64,000 nt of DNA. Origin: an uncultured delta proteobacterium (GTDB lineage: Bacteria; Desulfobacterota; Desulfuromonadia; Desulfuromonadales; BM103). The notes under the pieces are model-generated. The model did not search any database, had not been told where the DNA came from, and worked only from the letters and a program-made list of their open reading frames with translations. The stretch is from NCBI GenBank assembly GCA_963715335.1, contig CAVQRZ010000023.1, positions 119,541 through 183,540 on the forward strand, in the 5' to 3' direction. Shown piece by piece: positions 49,605 through 60,374 of the stretch. Both the position numbers and the translations under genes were made by a program. The stretch's first letter is position 1. Every line of letters starts with the position of its first letter.

Positions 49605-50579
49605 CTAGCCCTTGCGAATCCGCGGGTCGGCGATCGCGTAGCTGAGATCCGCCAACAGGTTGCCGACCAGGGTCAGCACCGCACCGATCACCAGGATCCC
49701 CATAATCAGGGGGTAATCGCGCATCATGACACCATCGTAGAAGAGTTTGCCCATGCCGGGGATGGCGAAAATTGTCTCGAAGATAACGCTGCCGCCGATC
49801 AGCCCGGGGACGGAGAGGCCAAGGATGGTAATCACCGGCAGGAGCGCGTTGCGCAGGGCATGTTTGTAGATGACGACCCGCTCCGACAGGCCTTTGGCCC
49901 GGGCCGTCAGGATATAGTCCTGGCGGATAACCTCCAGCATATTGGATCGCATGTAACGCGAAAACCCTGCCAGTCCGCCAAACGCGGAGATGAAGACCGG
50001 CAGGATCAGATGGCGGGTCATGTCCCAGACCTGGCCCGCAGGGCTCAGGTAATCGTAACCAACCGACTTTAAACCGGCGACCGGGAAGAGCCCCAGCCTG
50101 ACCCCGAAATAATCCATCATCAACAACGCCAGCCAGAACGACGGCATGGCAAAACCGAGGAACACAAAAACCGTCGTCCCCCGGTCAAACATCGAATTTC
50201 TGCGCACCGCGGAGAGGATCCCGATCGGTATCGACACTGCCAGGATGACCACAATCGACAGCACGTTGATCAGAATGGTAATCGGCATGCGTTCGCGGAC
50301 CTTGACAAGCACCGGGCGGTGGTCCTGGGCGAAGGATTCACCGAAATCCAGCGTGGCGACCTGCTTCAGCCAGAGCCCGTACTGAACATAAAGCGGTTTG
50401 TCGAGATTATAGCGTTCACGCAGCCGATCTCGCATCTCGACACTCGACTTCGGATTCAGGTCGGTCTGCATGTCGGTTGGCTCGCCGGGCGCCAGATGGA
50501 TGACCACGAAACTGATCAGCGTGATACCGATCAGCAGGGGGATCATCATGAGCAGTCGTTTGGCGAGATAAGTCAACAT
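49605..50579 (-). CDS. Peptide/nickel ABC transporter permease (DppB/OppB)
   Basis: [43 protein letters not shown]. Confidence 0.92.
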   Translation of the reverse strand: MLTYLAKRLLMMIPLLIGITLISFVVIHLAPGEPTDMQTDLNPKSSVEMRDRLRERYNLDKPLYVQYGLWLKQVATLDFGESFAQDHRPVLVKVRERMPITILINVLSIVVILAVSIPIGILSAVRRNSMFDRGTTVFVFLGFAMPSFWLALLMMDYFGVRLGLFPVAGLKSVGYDYLSPAGQVWDMTRHLILPVFISAFGGLAGFSRYMRSNMLEVIRQDYILTARAKGLSERVVIYKHALRNALLPVITILGLSVPGLIGGSVIFETIFAIPGMGKLFYDGVMMRDYPLIMGILVIGAVLTLVGNLLADLSYAIADPRIRKG

Positions 50580-50670
50580 AATGAGATGTGTTCGGTTAAT
50601 GGTTTCGAAACGTAATCCGTATTCTGCAAACCGTAACAAAAAAGCCGTAACAAATATACCGTGATGATGA

Positions 50671-50752
50671 GCGGTGACCAGTGACCAGCCCCCAGCCGCC
50701 AGCTTCCAGTCCCCGCTTTAAACCAGTCCCCAGCCTCAAGCCCCCGGCCGCC
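50671..50752. repeat. Degenerate heptamer tract (CCAGYCC-type) overlapping the relA stop
   Basis: gtgacca gtgacca gccccca gccgcca gcttcca gtcccc ... ccagtcc ccagcct caagccc ccggccg. Confidence 0.7.
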
Positions 50753-52916
50753 GATTTTCGCTGGTTTTCCGCCCGGACTTGATCCTCTCGATCTGCAAGA
50801 CGCCTTTGACCTTCTGAATAGCCTCCATGACGCGAGTCAGATGCTGGACATCCTGGACATCCACCTCGAAATTCAGAACCCCCCTGCCATCGTTGGTGGA
50901 ATAGGCGCTGGCACGCAGGATATTTGATTCGCACTTGGTAATCACCTTGGTGGTCGCTGCCAGGATCCCCTTCTGGTCAAGGCTGTACACGCGGATCTTG
51001 ACCGGGCGGGTTGCGCCCTTCTGCCGGTTCCAGGAGACTTCGATGCGACGCTCGGGGTCGGTCTCCAGAACCCGCAGGCAATCCGCTGCGTGCACGGTCA
51101 CCCCCTGTCCTTGCGAGATAAAACCGATAATTTCATCGCCGGGCAAGGGGTTACAGCATTTGGAAAAACGCACCAGGATATCTTCCAGCCCCTGAACGTT
51201 GATCGCGTCGACAGGTTTTTTGCGGATTTTATCAAGGACCTGGCTGAGACGACTCGGTTTGGGCGCTTCGGCCTTGAACTCTTCCGGGATGAGTCTCGTC
51301 AGCACCTGGTTGCAGGTCACCTTGCCATAGCCGACAGCTGCCTGCAGGTCCTCAACCGTACGGAACCCGAGTCCTGACAGGGTTTCCTTCATGGCAGCAA
51401 GGTTGACCGCGCGGTTGAAACTGAAGCCATACTTGCGCAACTCCTTCTCGAGGATGTCATGCCCCAGATCCAGGCTCTGCTGACGTTCCTGATCCTTGAC
51501 CCAGTTGCGAATCCGGTTTTTTGCCTTCGAGGTTTTAACGAACTTCAGCCAGTCCTTGCTGGGTGTCTGGTTGGGTGATGTGAGAATTTCAACAATATCA
51601 CCATTCTTCAGCTCGGTCCGTAACGGCACCAGTCTGCCGTTTACCTTGGCGCCCGAACAACGCTGGCCGACATCGGAATGAACGCTGTAGGCAAAGTCGA
51701 TTGGCGTGCTCTGTTTGGGCAGCTCCTTGACATCACCGTTCGGGGTGAACACATAAACTTCTTCAGGAAACAGGTCGACCTTGACGGAGGACATGAACTC
51801 GCTCGAATCCTTGAGTTCCTTCTGCCACTCAAGCATTTGCCGGAGCCAGCCGAAACGGCCCTCGTCAGTACGTTTTGAAGCCCTGCCCTCCTTGTACTTC
51901 CAATGCGCTGCGATCCCTTGCTCAGCGACCCGGTGCATTTCCTCGGTGCGGATCTGTACTTCCATGCGCTGACCGGCCGGCCCGAACACTGTTGTGTGCA
52001 GGGACTGGTACATGTTGGCCTTGGGCATGGCGATAAAATCCTTGAAACGGCCCGGCACAGGCTTCCAGGACGAATGAATCGCACCGAGCATGGCGTAACA
52101 ATCACGAATTGACGGAACGATGATGCGGAAAGCAATCAGATCATGAATCTCTTCAAAATCTATGTTCTGTTTGATGATCTTGTTGTGAATCGAACAAATA
52201 TGCTTGAACCGCCCCTGGATCTGGCCGTCGATATCATGTTCCTTAAGGATTTCATCGAGACGTTTTTTCAGGTCCGCGACATAGTTGCCGGATTGACGGC
52301 GGTGCTGCTCGACCTTTTTCGAAAGGTTCCTGTAGATCACCGGCTCCAGGTATCTGAGAGAAAGGTCTTCGAGCTCGCTTTTAATCCAGCTGATACCGAG
52401 CCGGTTTGCCAGCGGCGCGAAGATATCGGCTGTTTCCCTGGCGATTCTGAGACGGCGCTCCTCCGGCTGATGGTCGAGGGTGCGCATATTGTGTAACCGG
52501 TCGGCCAATTTGACCAGGATGACACGAATATCCCTCGCCATCGCCAGCAGCATCTTGCGGAAATTCTCTGCCTGACGCTCTTCACTGGTTTTGAAGCTGA
52601 TTTTGCTGATCTTGGTGACGCCGTCAACCATTTCGGTCACTTCGTCACCGAACAGCTGGCGCAGTTCCTCCTCTGTAGAGAGGGTGTCTTCAAGGGTGTC
52701 GTGCAGAAGGCCGGTGACCACGGTCGGCACATCCATCCGCAGGTGGGTGAGGATGAAAGCCACTTCCATCGGATGGGTCATGTACGGATCACCGGAGAGG
52801 CGCGTCTGGCCCTGATGAACCTTGGCAGAATAGACGTAGGCCCTGCGCACAGCGTCCAGGTCGGCGTCGGCGTGATAGGTACGGATGGCTTCGAGGATGT
52901 CGTCGAGACGAATCAT
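50736..52916 (-). CDS. relA: Bifunctional (p)ppGpp synthetase/hydrolase
   Basis: LHDTLED (HD), KLADRLHNMRTL, YQSLHT, EVQIRT, AAHWKYK, TGS and ACT domains. Confidence 0.96.
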   Translation of the reverse strand: MIRLDDILEAIRTYHADADLDAVRRAYVYSAKVHQGQTRLSGDPYMTHPMEVAFILTHLRMDVPTVVTGLLHDTLEDTLSTEEELRQLFGDEVTEMVDGVTKISKISFKTSEERQAENFRKMLLAMARDIRVILVKLADRLHNMRTLDHQPEERRLRIARETADIFAPLANRLGISWIKSELEDLSLRYLEPVIYRNLSKKVEQHRRQSGNYVADLKKRLDEILKEHDIDGQIQGRFKHICSIHNKIIKQNIDFEEIHDLIAFRIIVPSIRDCYAMLGAIHSSWKPVPGRFKDFIAMPKANMYQSLHTTVFGPAGQRMEVQIRTEEMHRVAEQGIAAHWKYKEGRASKRTDEGRFGWLRQMLEWQKELKDSSEFMSSVKVDLFPEEVYVFTPNGDVKELPKQSTPIDFAYSVHSDVGQRCSGAKVNGRLVPLRTELKNGDIVEILTSPNQTPSKDWLKFVKTSKAKNRIRNWVKDQERQQSLDLGHDILEKELRKYGFSFNRAVNLAAMKETLSGLGFRTVEDLQAAVGYGKVTCNQVLTRLIPEEFKAEAPKPSRLSQVLDKIRKKPVDAINVQGLEDILVRFSKCCNPLPGDEIIGFISQGQGVTVHAADCLRVLETDPERRIEVSWNRQKGATRPVKIRVYSLDQKGILAATTKVITKCESNILRASAYSTNDGRGVLNFEVDVQDVQHLTRVMEAIQKVKGVLQIERIKSGRKTSENRRPGA

Positions 52917-52945
52917 GCTGTTCAGATCAATACAGAGTGCGCACA

Positions 52946-52978
52946 AAAATGATGCCGGCCATCTCTGGCCGGCATCGT
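52946..52978 (-). terminator. Hairpin plus U tract between rpoZ and relA
   Basis: GATGCCGGCCA-GAGA-TGGCCGGCATC-ATTTTT on the minus strand. Confidence 0.65.
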
Positions 52979-53029
52979 AAACTTTTCAGTCGGCTCCATC
53001 AGGAGACCGTGCACAATAACCAGTCAGCG

Positions 53030-53233
53030 CTACTTACGGGCAGGGATTTCAAAATCCACCTTGCCGGCAGCAATCTCCCGCAGCGCCAAAACGATATTAC
53101 GGTTTTTTGACTTGTTCTCAATCAGCGGCTCAGCGCCCTTAAACAGCTGCTTGGCGCGCTTGGTCGCTACCATGGTCAGCAGAAAGCGATTGGGGACTTC
53201 ACGCAAACAATCTTCAACGGTGATACGTGCCAT
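53030..53233 (-). CDS. rpoZ: RNA polymerase omega subunit
   Basis: [10 protein letters not shown]...NRFLL...KRAKQL...ALREIAAG. Confidence 0.97.
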   Translation of the reverse strand: MARITVEDCLREVPNRFLLTMVATKRAKQLFKGAEPLIENKSKNRNIVLALREIAAGKVDFEIPARK

Positions 53234-53327
53234 TTATAACTCCTGTTGATAAATTAATTTGTTAAATGATCGGTTCGGGCAAGCGGCCCAAGTTCTTCAA
53301 CAGAGTCAAGATATACGGCAATCGGAA

Positions 53328-53996
53328 CTATTTCAAGCCGAATTCTTCGGATAAGCAATCAATGACCCTTTTTGTCCGGGCGGTTTCGGCCTTTATGATC
53401 GCGCCGACGGTCTCCACCGCTTTCTCAAGCACATCGTTAACAACCAGATAATCGAACTTGACCGCCTCGGCAATTTCAGCGACGGCATTTTTCATCCGCC
53501 GCTCGATGATCTGATGGTCATCCGTATTGCGGGTGTCCAGTCGTTTGCGCAACTCACCCATATCCGGGGGCAGGATGAAGATGGAAACCACGTCAAGATC
53601 GCTGTTTCGCAGTTGTTCAGCACCCTGGAAGTCGATGTCCAGGAGGATGTCCGCGCCTTCTGCCGTCGCTTTTTCCAGCGCAGGACGCGCAGTGCCATAG
53701 CGGTTGCCATGGACTTCGGCCCACTCTACAAAAGCCCCTGCATCAACCATCTCCCGGAACACGTCGTGTGTCACGAAATGATAGTCGACACCATCTTTCT
53801 CCCCATTCCGTATGGCCCGCGTCGTATAGGAGATCGATTGCAGAAGATCCGGGAACATTTTCAGAATTTCACGACAGATAGAGGTCTTCCCCGCACCGGA
53901 TGGTGCGGAAATCACGAACAAGATTCCTGCTCGTGATTTGGAGGCTGGATTAGTGGCGGCGGCTGGGGACTTGGGGCTGGGGGCTGGCTTTTGCAT
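53328..53996 (-). CDS. gmk: Guanylate kinase with repeat-derived N-terminal extension
   Basis: SAPSGAGK, SYTTR, GVDYHFV, EWAEVHGNRYGT; first ~20 codons come from the heptamer repeat arm. Confidence 0.96.
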   Translation of the reverse strand: MQKPAPSPKSPAAATNPASKSRAGILFVISAPSGAGKTSICREILKMFPDLLQSISYTTRAIRNGEKDGVDYHFVTHDVFREMVDAGAFVEWAEVHGNRYGTARPALEKATAEGADILLDIDFQGAEQLRNSDLDVVSIFILPPDMGELRKRLDTRNTDDHQIIERRMKNAVAEIAEAVKFDYLVVNDVLEKAVETVGAIIKAETARTKRVIDCLSEEFGLK

Positions 53997-54433
53997 TAAT
54001 CGACCTTGTCTTGTAGTGACTTTTGCAGGCTTCTTATTCGCTTGCCCAACAGATTGGTTTGCCCGAGGATATTTTCCGTTCGGTCGAGGGCAAGATATTT
54101 CAGTTTGTTGGCAACGGTCAAGTGTGTTTCCAATTCAGCCAGCGATCCCAGGGAGATTGACAAAAAATGCAAAAATTCTTTGCGCGAAGCACGCGCGTGA
54201 CCTTCTGCAATATTGGCCGGGATTGAAACCGCCGCCCTTTGCATTTGATCACAAAGCGCATATTTTTCTTCCCCGGGAAAATTTCTCGACAAAGCATAAA
54301 TATTGGTGACCAGATCAACCCCTTCTCTCCAAACAACCAAATCGCGATAACATTTCATAGTTCCCTCCATTACATCAAATAATATTCCAGTCCCCAGCTC
54401 CTAGTCCCCAGCCGCCGCCTCCAACCAGCCTCC
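53940..54433. repeat. ~47-bp heptamer-based inverted repeat (arms 53940..53987 and 54387..54433) enclosing the four-helix-bundle gene
   Basis: Left ggaggctggattagtggcggcggctggggacttggggctgggggctgg; reverse complement of right ggaggctggttggaggcggcggctggggactaggagctggggactgg. Confidence 0.92.
53996..54358 (-). CDS. Four-helix-bundle protein (23S rRNA IVP / TIGR02436-type)
   Basis: YRDLVVW, FPGEEKYALCDQMQRAAVSIPANIAEG, FLSISLGSLAELETHL; RBS GGAGG. Confidence 0.92.
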   Translation of the reverse strand: MKCYRDLVVWREGVDLVTNIYALSRNFPGEEKYALCDQMQRAAVSIPANIAEGHARASRKEFLHFLSISLGSLAELETHLTVANKLKYLALDRTENILGQTNLLGKRIRSLQKSLQDKVD

Positions 54434-54477
54434 AGCCCCCGGAGACCAGCCTCTAACATCGAGTAGCATTTGCAATG

Positions 54478-55357
54478 CTACTCGATGTTCTGCACTTGTT
54501 CACGAATCTTTTCGAGTTCGGACTTTAACGTGACAACGGCCTTGGTCAATTCCGCATCATTGGATTTGGAACCCATGGTGTTGACTTCGCGGTTGAGTTC
54601 CTGGACCAGGAAATCCATGCGCCGGCCGACCGGCTCCTTGTCATCCAGCATGCCGCGGAACTGGACCAGGTGGCTTTTGAAGCGGGTGATTTCCTCGCAG
54701 ATGTCACAACGATCCGTATAGACGGCGATTTCCTGCGCGACCCTCTGCGGATCCCATTCGACATTCTGCTGCAGGCGCTGCAGGCGTTCGGTCAGACGCT
54801 CCTGCCACTCGGCCGGGACCTGTGGCGCCCTTTGTTCGATCTGGGCGAGGATGGTTTCTGTCACATTGAGACGTTCCTCGATATCCTTACGGGTTTCCTC
54901 CCCCTCGGTCGCGCGCATTGCGAGCAGATTGTCCAGGGCATTGGCCGTTGCGGAGTGGAGGCAGGATTCCAGCGTTTCTGCATCGATTTGAGCCTCTTCA
55001 ACCTCAACCACATCCCTCTGATTGATGATGTGGTTGAGGGAAACCCGGTCCTGCAGTTTCAGGTCATCGGCCAGTTCAACAAAGAGCTGATGATACGCCA
55101 TCGCCAACTCACGATTCAGCCTGGGAACGGCCTGAGCTGCGCTCGCCAGCTCATAGTTGACGTAAACGTCAACCTTGCCCCGGCCAAGCACCGCTCCAAC
55201 CTGCTTGCGCACCCCGTTTTCGAGGCTCAGGAATGTGCGCGGCAGCTTCACCGAGATATCGGCGTAGCGATGGTTCACCGTCTTGATTTCGACGGTTACC
55301 GTTATGTCGTCCTGCCGGGCTTCGCCCTTGCCGTAGCCGGTCATGCTGTTTAAGCAT
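54478..55357 (-). CDS. yicC: YicC/YloC family endoribonuclease (+1 frameshift after codon 3)
   Basis: MTGYG, EIKTVNHRY, GRRMDFLVQELNREVNTMGSK, EKIREQVQNIE; ATG CTT AAA (C) AGC ATG restores MLKSMTG. Confidence 0.94.
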
Positions 55358-55522
55358 GGTCTAACCTTCCTAGCATCGCCTGATAGCTTTGCCTAAATGA
55401 TAATGATGGGTAAGCTGGTCCAGTTTGTTTTCGCGTAGTGATTCTACTTCATGAGTTTGCACATTGCCACTGTTACGCTGCCGTCAGAATATTCATCCAT
55501 ACTAGATGAAGAATCCATGCGG

Positions 55523-56212
55523 CTAATAAGATAAGTTAGCAGATTGCTCTTTTTTGAGCACAAGAAAACGTGAATATTCCCGTGAAAGTCGTTTGCCACA
55601 GTAAATTTGTGCATCCTTGATACCTTGACGAAGCCTTGTGCCATCCGCTTCAGCCCAATCATCAAGATGATAAAATAGACCATCGAAGGCTTTGAAGCTA
55701 CAGCGGCCCTCCCATGATGCTGTTCGCAACGCCAAAGATCCTTTGCCGCTAAGGACTTGTCCAAAAGGGATGATTTTTGCGATCACCCCCACTTGCAGTT
55801 GGTTCATCGAGAAATCAGGGGGGAGCCGTCGATAAATAAGGTGCCAATCAGAATGAAAGAATAGTACTGGTTCATTTTCACTCACAAGCTGCTTGCTGGC
55901 ATTTTCAGGAAGGATGATCTGCGTCCCTTCAAGGTCGGGCGTAATGGCCAAAAATCTTTCGATGACGCCAATTATTGGGTTATGTATTTCAAATTGTCGA
56001 CTGAATTTTTTACCAATGTCTTCCATCCCAAAGACTAGTAGCTTGTCTTCCGTTTTAAGAGGTGATGGTGTAAAAAAAGCATAATGCTCGAATTGAGCAG
56101 AGAAGGCAGCGCGCGCGCGATCCGACTCTTGTCGTGGCAAAAGCGAAGAGCACCCGGCAAGTACAATGGCAACGAAGGCAAGCCAAAGACCGAGGCAAAC
56201 AATTTCACTCAA
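55523..56212 (-). CDS. Hypothetical lipoprotein
   Basis: Hydrophobic N-terminus ending in lipobox LAGC; family not recognised. Confidence 0.65.
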   Translation of the reverse strand: MSEIVCLGLWLAFVAIVLAGCSSLLPRQESDRARAAFSAQFEHYAFFTPSPLKTEDKLLVFGMEDIGKKFSRQFEIHNPIIGVIERFLAITPDLEGTQIILPENASKQLVSENEPVLFFHSDWHLIYRRLPPDFSMNQLQVGVIAKIIPFGQVLSGKGSLALRTASWEGRCSFKAFDGLFYHLDDWAEADGTRLRQGIKDAQIYCGKRLSREYSRFLVLKKEQSANLSY

Positions 56213-56268
56213 ACAACACTAGAAGCTTTCGCCTTAAACATCGACGTTTATGATTAAAGCAAATCCCC

Positions 56269-57686
56269 CTAACAACTACCTTGACGGGTCAGAACAACCC
56301 AAATAGTTTTGAATAAAATACGTAAATCCAATCCAAGCGACCAGTTATCAATATACTGTAGATCAAGTTTGACCACATCATCGAAATTTGTCAATCTTAT
56401 TTCTGCCACTAACCTGCCATAAACCGGTGATGCCAGGCTTGATGCTAATTCGGCGACGGTGCCAGTTCTCATATTGATGAACTTCATCAGGTGTCGGAGG
56501 CCGCGTACCAACCAGGCTCATCTGCTCCTTTCAAAACATTCCAGAACTGTGGGAATTCATCAAGGCTGGTTTTCGCAAGAAATCTGCCAATTTGGTGATT
56601 CGTGGATCATCTTCGATCTTGAAAATGGCCCCGTTCATTTCGTTCTGGTTCGTAGAGCCTGGATTTTCGGAGATCAGCATCAGCGTACATTGAACGAAAC
56701 TTCCAGATACGAAAAGGTCTACCGCTTTCACCAATTCTTTCCTGGCTGTAAAAAATCCGACCAGGAGACTCGATCTTAATCGCCATTGCCACAAAGGGAA
56801 AGACAAGGAGAATAAGCACTAACCAGACGAGCGCCCCGAAGATATCAAGAATTCTTTTCAGGAAGAGTTGCTGAGCATCCAAGCATTTTGTATAAAAAGT
56901 TAATATCGGTAAAGAGCCTCCAAAAAAACTCAGGTCCCGCTTGTATCGAGGGACATGATAAAAATCCAGGACCATGCGTGTCGTAATACCGAGTTCTTCT
57001 AAATCTTGAAGATAGTTCTCAATATCAACGACCTGGTCCTTAGCAAGACAAAACACAACCTCATCAACAGGATAATTTTTACATCTTTCAACCAGGTCGT
57101 CCAACCTGCCCAGTACCTTATAGCCGGAAACGCTTTCCTTAAGGTCACCTGAGGCAACCTGCAGTACACCGAGGACACGGAGCCCCCAATCAGCATGGTC
57201 TTCAACAAGCGTGATAAACTCCTGTGCACGCTTCGTTGTGCCAACGATGAGGAGTTGACGATAATTCAAGCCACGCCGACGAAAGTAACTCAACAGAAAT
57301 TTGAGGAAGATTCTTTCGACAAGGATGAAAACGAATGACGTGACAATAAAAAACAGAATGAGCAGCCTGCTAAAAAAGTCACGATCGAAGAATAGGACCA
57401 GGGCGGAAAGGATGACGCCTGAGAAAAGATGGGCTGAAATAATCCGGTAGATTAGGTCAAAAACACTGATTTGTCGTATAGATTTGTATAGATTGAATTT
57501 TACCAACAAATAATACCAGATGGGAATGGCGGGCAACAAAATCCATATGTACTCTTGGATTCTCCCGATCTCACCGGCAAGAAAATTTTTTCTGAAATAG
57601 TAGGCAACGAAGAAAGACAATGCGACCAGAGACAGATCGGCAACGATAGTCAACCGGCTCAGTAGTTTGGCTTGTTCTTTAAGCAA
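56269..57686 (-). CDS. Initiating polyprenyl-phosphate sugar transferase (WcaJ/WbaP/CpsE-like); several frameshifts in the 3' part
   Basis: N-terminal TM helices, [46 protein letters not shown] across 3-4 frames. Confidence 0.88.
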
Positions 57687-57751
57687 ATTCCAAAACCCTC
57701 TAGCTTATTGAAAATCTGAATTTCGAAGGCGAAATATAGCAGAGTTTGGAT

Positions 57752-58889
57752 TTAAGGACGAACAAATCTTAATATCAATTTTTCATAAGCTTCCAGAACA
57801 GATGGCCATTGAAATGATTCACTGTATCTTGCTTGACTCATTTGTGACAGGGTATCCAGCTTCACTTGATTTGCCAACAAGTCATCCAATATCTCCGCAC
57901 AGGAGTCCTCATCTGTGAAGAATTCCGCTCCGGAGCCGGCAACCCAGCGATTGAACCGATTGTCATGAGCAAGCACCGGCAAGCCGGACGCCATGGCTTC
58001 CACCAGGGTCCGGATTCGTTCCTCCAACTTTATGGCCATGCAGGTATAACACAGCATTGTTGCGCAAAGCGGCAAGGCACTTTTTATCATAGATTGCGCC
58101 CGGGAAGATAACTTCATCGCTCCCTGCAGACACAACATCACTCTGGTACCTATTTCTGGCATCGTCGTATTGACCAAGAACAACCAGTTTCATGCCACGC
58201 TTTTTTCGAGAAAAGGCTTTTACCATCTCAATAATCGAATTTTCAGGCTCTGGCCGTGCAATAATCAGAGCATATCCATTTTTAGTTAACTCTAGGGGGT
58301 CGAGGACTGTATCTTCAGAGTCATCCGGGACGTCTGCACCATAGGGGATCATGGTGATCTTCTCTGAATCCACTCGAGTGCTTAAATGCTTTTCTATCTC
58401 GGGGTGATCAGCAATCAAGTGATCCCCTAACCAGCAGCCTAAACGCTCATTGAGATACAACCATGCCTTGGCAGGAACGGACCATTTGTCACGTTTCCAT
58501 TCAAGCCCATCCATATTGATGAGGTGTGGACGTCTTCGGAGTTTGTGATGTAAAGAGAAGATGGCAGTATTGTAGCCTAGGGTCAATGCGATCCCGTCAC
58601 TTTTTGCGGCCGCACTTGCTGCCAGCCAGTCGAAAAGAATTGACCCTTTGGCTCCCTTGAAAGGGACGTAGAACTTGACCAGATCAACCCCTTGCCATGA
58701 GTCGATTTCTCTGGAGAATGGCCCAAGGTTCTGACAATAGACAGTGACTTTCCATCCCCTGGGCACCAGGTACAGCGCAAGTTTTTGTGCAAACGTTTCA
58801 AAGCCACCATATTGAGCAGGAATGCCTCTTGTTCCCAAAATTTGCAGATGTCGTTTAGCTTCATTCGCTGTAAGGGGTGTTGATGACAT
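57752..58889 (-). CDS. GT4 glycosyltransferase with DUF1972 N-domain (frameshift near 58015)
   Basis: ILGTRGIPAQYGGFETF, NMDGLEWKRDKW, ARPEPEN, HGHKVGGTNP / LVEAMASG. Confidence 0.88.
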
Positions 58890-58896
58890 TACAGCC

Positions 58897-60135
58897 TCAG
58901 AAATGTTTTTTGCCCCAAAAATATGAACAGGCAAAATTTAGAACCATGGGGGGAGCGGCAAAGAGAAAAAGTCCGAAGCGTAGAAATTTTTGCAATAAAC
59001 CATAACGTACAAGTTGATTCATGGAAAGGAATTCACCGGCAATTTTATCCCAGGCGAACTCATTCTCCAAAGCAGCCATATTTTTGCTCATCCGAGCAAT
59101 CTTGGTTTCATTCTGAGCAAGTTCAAGGAGAGTTTCCGCCAATGTTTCTTCGTCGACAATTACTCCGCATTCATTGTCTTTGATAAGCGGGCCCCAGCAA
59201 TCATCCCAATTCTGGACAATCGGCAAACCAATCGAAATGCAGTCAAAATTACGCGTGCGCATGGCGTAATCGTTCTCAAGCCCCTGTTCGCCAAAAACAA
59301 TAGCAAGATCAAGCCCTGACCATGTCTCCAGGCGCTTGTCAAACTCAATCCAGGGCAAGAACAACAAGCCCCCGTCCACTCCACCTGCATCCTGGTATAT
59401 ATTCTCCATTTCAATTTTCTTGTCGTCAGATACTCCAAAGAAAATAATCTTTACAGAGGGATTACTAAAAGATATTTCGGCAAAGGTCTCTAGAACTGGG
59501 CGGGGATCAAACCACTACCACATCCCGCCAAGCCAACCAAATAAGAAATCATTGGTACCGACCTGACCACCTGAAAGGGCTATTAAATGTTGGCGATCAT
59601 GATTACTCAACACTGGTTCACAACCAAAAGGGATCACCCTCAGCCGCTGCATATCGTTCGGATTGGCAGATATCAGAGATACCCCCCTATATAAATCCAG
59701 TTGCCGGCGACTTCCGACAATCAAGCCATCAAACATTAATGTCGCATAGAAAACTCGTAGGAGATTAAATACAATCTTTAGAAACATCTTAAAGGAACAG
59801 TTTGTGGAAACGCAGTGCAACTCCAACCAATGAGGAGAATAAGCATCAAGATAGACTTTTTTACCCAAAATCATGGCAAGGGTACTTGCTAACAGTATGA
59901 TCGGTCCCCCACCATGCACGTAAACAGCATCAGCCCACAGAAGTTTTCTCAGCAATTCAAAAGGAGAGGAAATATTGACCAGACATTTATGGGGTGAGGA
60001 TGATGTCGGATAGGTCGTGGCCAGCAAACAGCTGTGACCCAACAGATCAAGTTCTTCGGAAATACGCACATAACGTAGTTCAGGCCCAGCCAAGTGAGCC
60101 CCGAATGGACCTTTGTAAACAAACAAAATGTTCAC
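58897..60135 (-). CDS. GT-B glycosyltransferase (frameshifted near 59515)
   Basis: AGPELRY N-terminus, WLGGMW, ENDYAMRTRNFDCISIGLPIV, FAWDKIA over two ORFs. Confidence 0.7.
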
Positions 60136-60164
60136 TATTTCAGCAACCCCCCAGCTTTCCTGAC

Positions 60165-60353
60165 TTATTTTGGTATTGCAGTTTTGAACATTGAACGTAA
60201 CTTTTTGCCTTCATCGTATGTCCTAGGTTGGTAGCTGATAGCACACTCCCATACACGACAACGCGTCTGAGAGACCTTTGTAACCATTTCTGGCTCAATT
60301 CCGAAACGATTTTCTTTTAAATCCAATGTCTGAATAATGTCGCGTCGAAATAC
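60165..60353 (-). pseudogene. C-terminal remnant of a GT2 (DPM1-like) glycosyltransferase
   Basis: Frame reads VFRRDIIQTLDLKENRFGIEPEMVTKVSQTRCRVWECAISYQPRTYDEGKK; only ~20 bp to the preceding stop, so no room for the N-terminal domain. Confidence 0.7.
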
Positions 60354-60374
60354 ATAAATATGTTCTTTACAATT

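Noticed and set aside
53996..54358. Diversity-generating retroelement (Avd-like gene)
   Set aside because: No reverse transcriptase and no template/variable repeat pair in the window.
4265..55357. Programmed ribosomal frameshifting at the broken genes
   Set aside because: No shared slippery sequence; scattered indels in unrelated genes fit sequencing error better.
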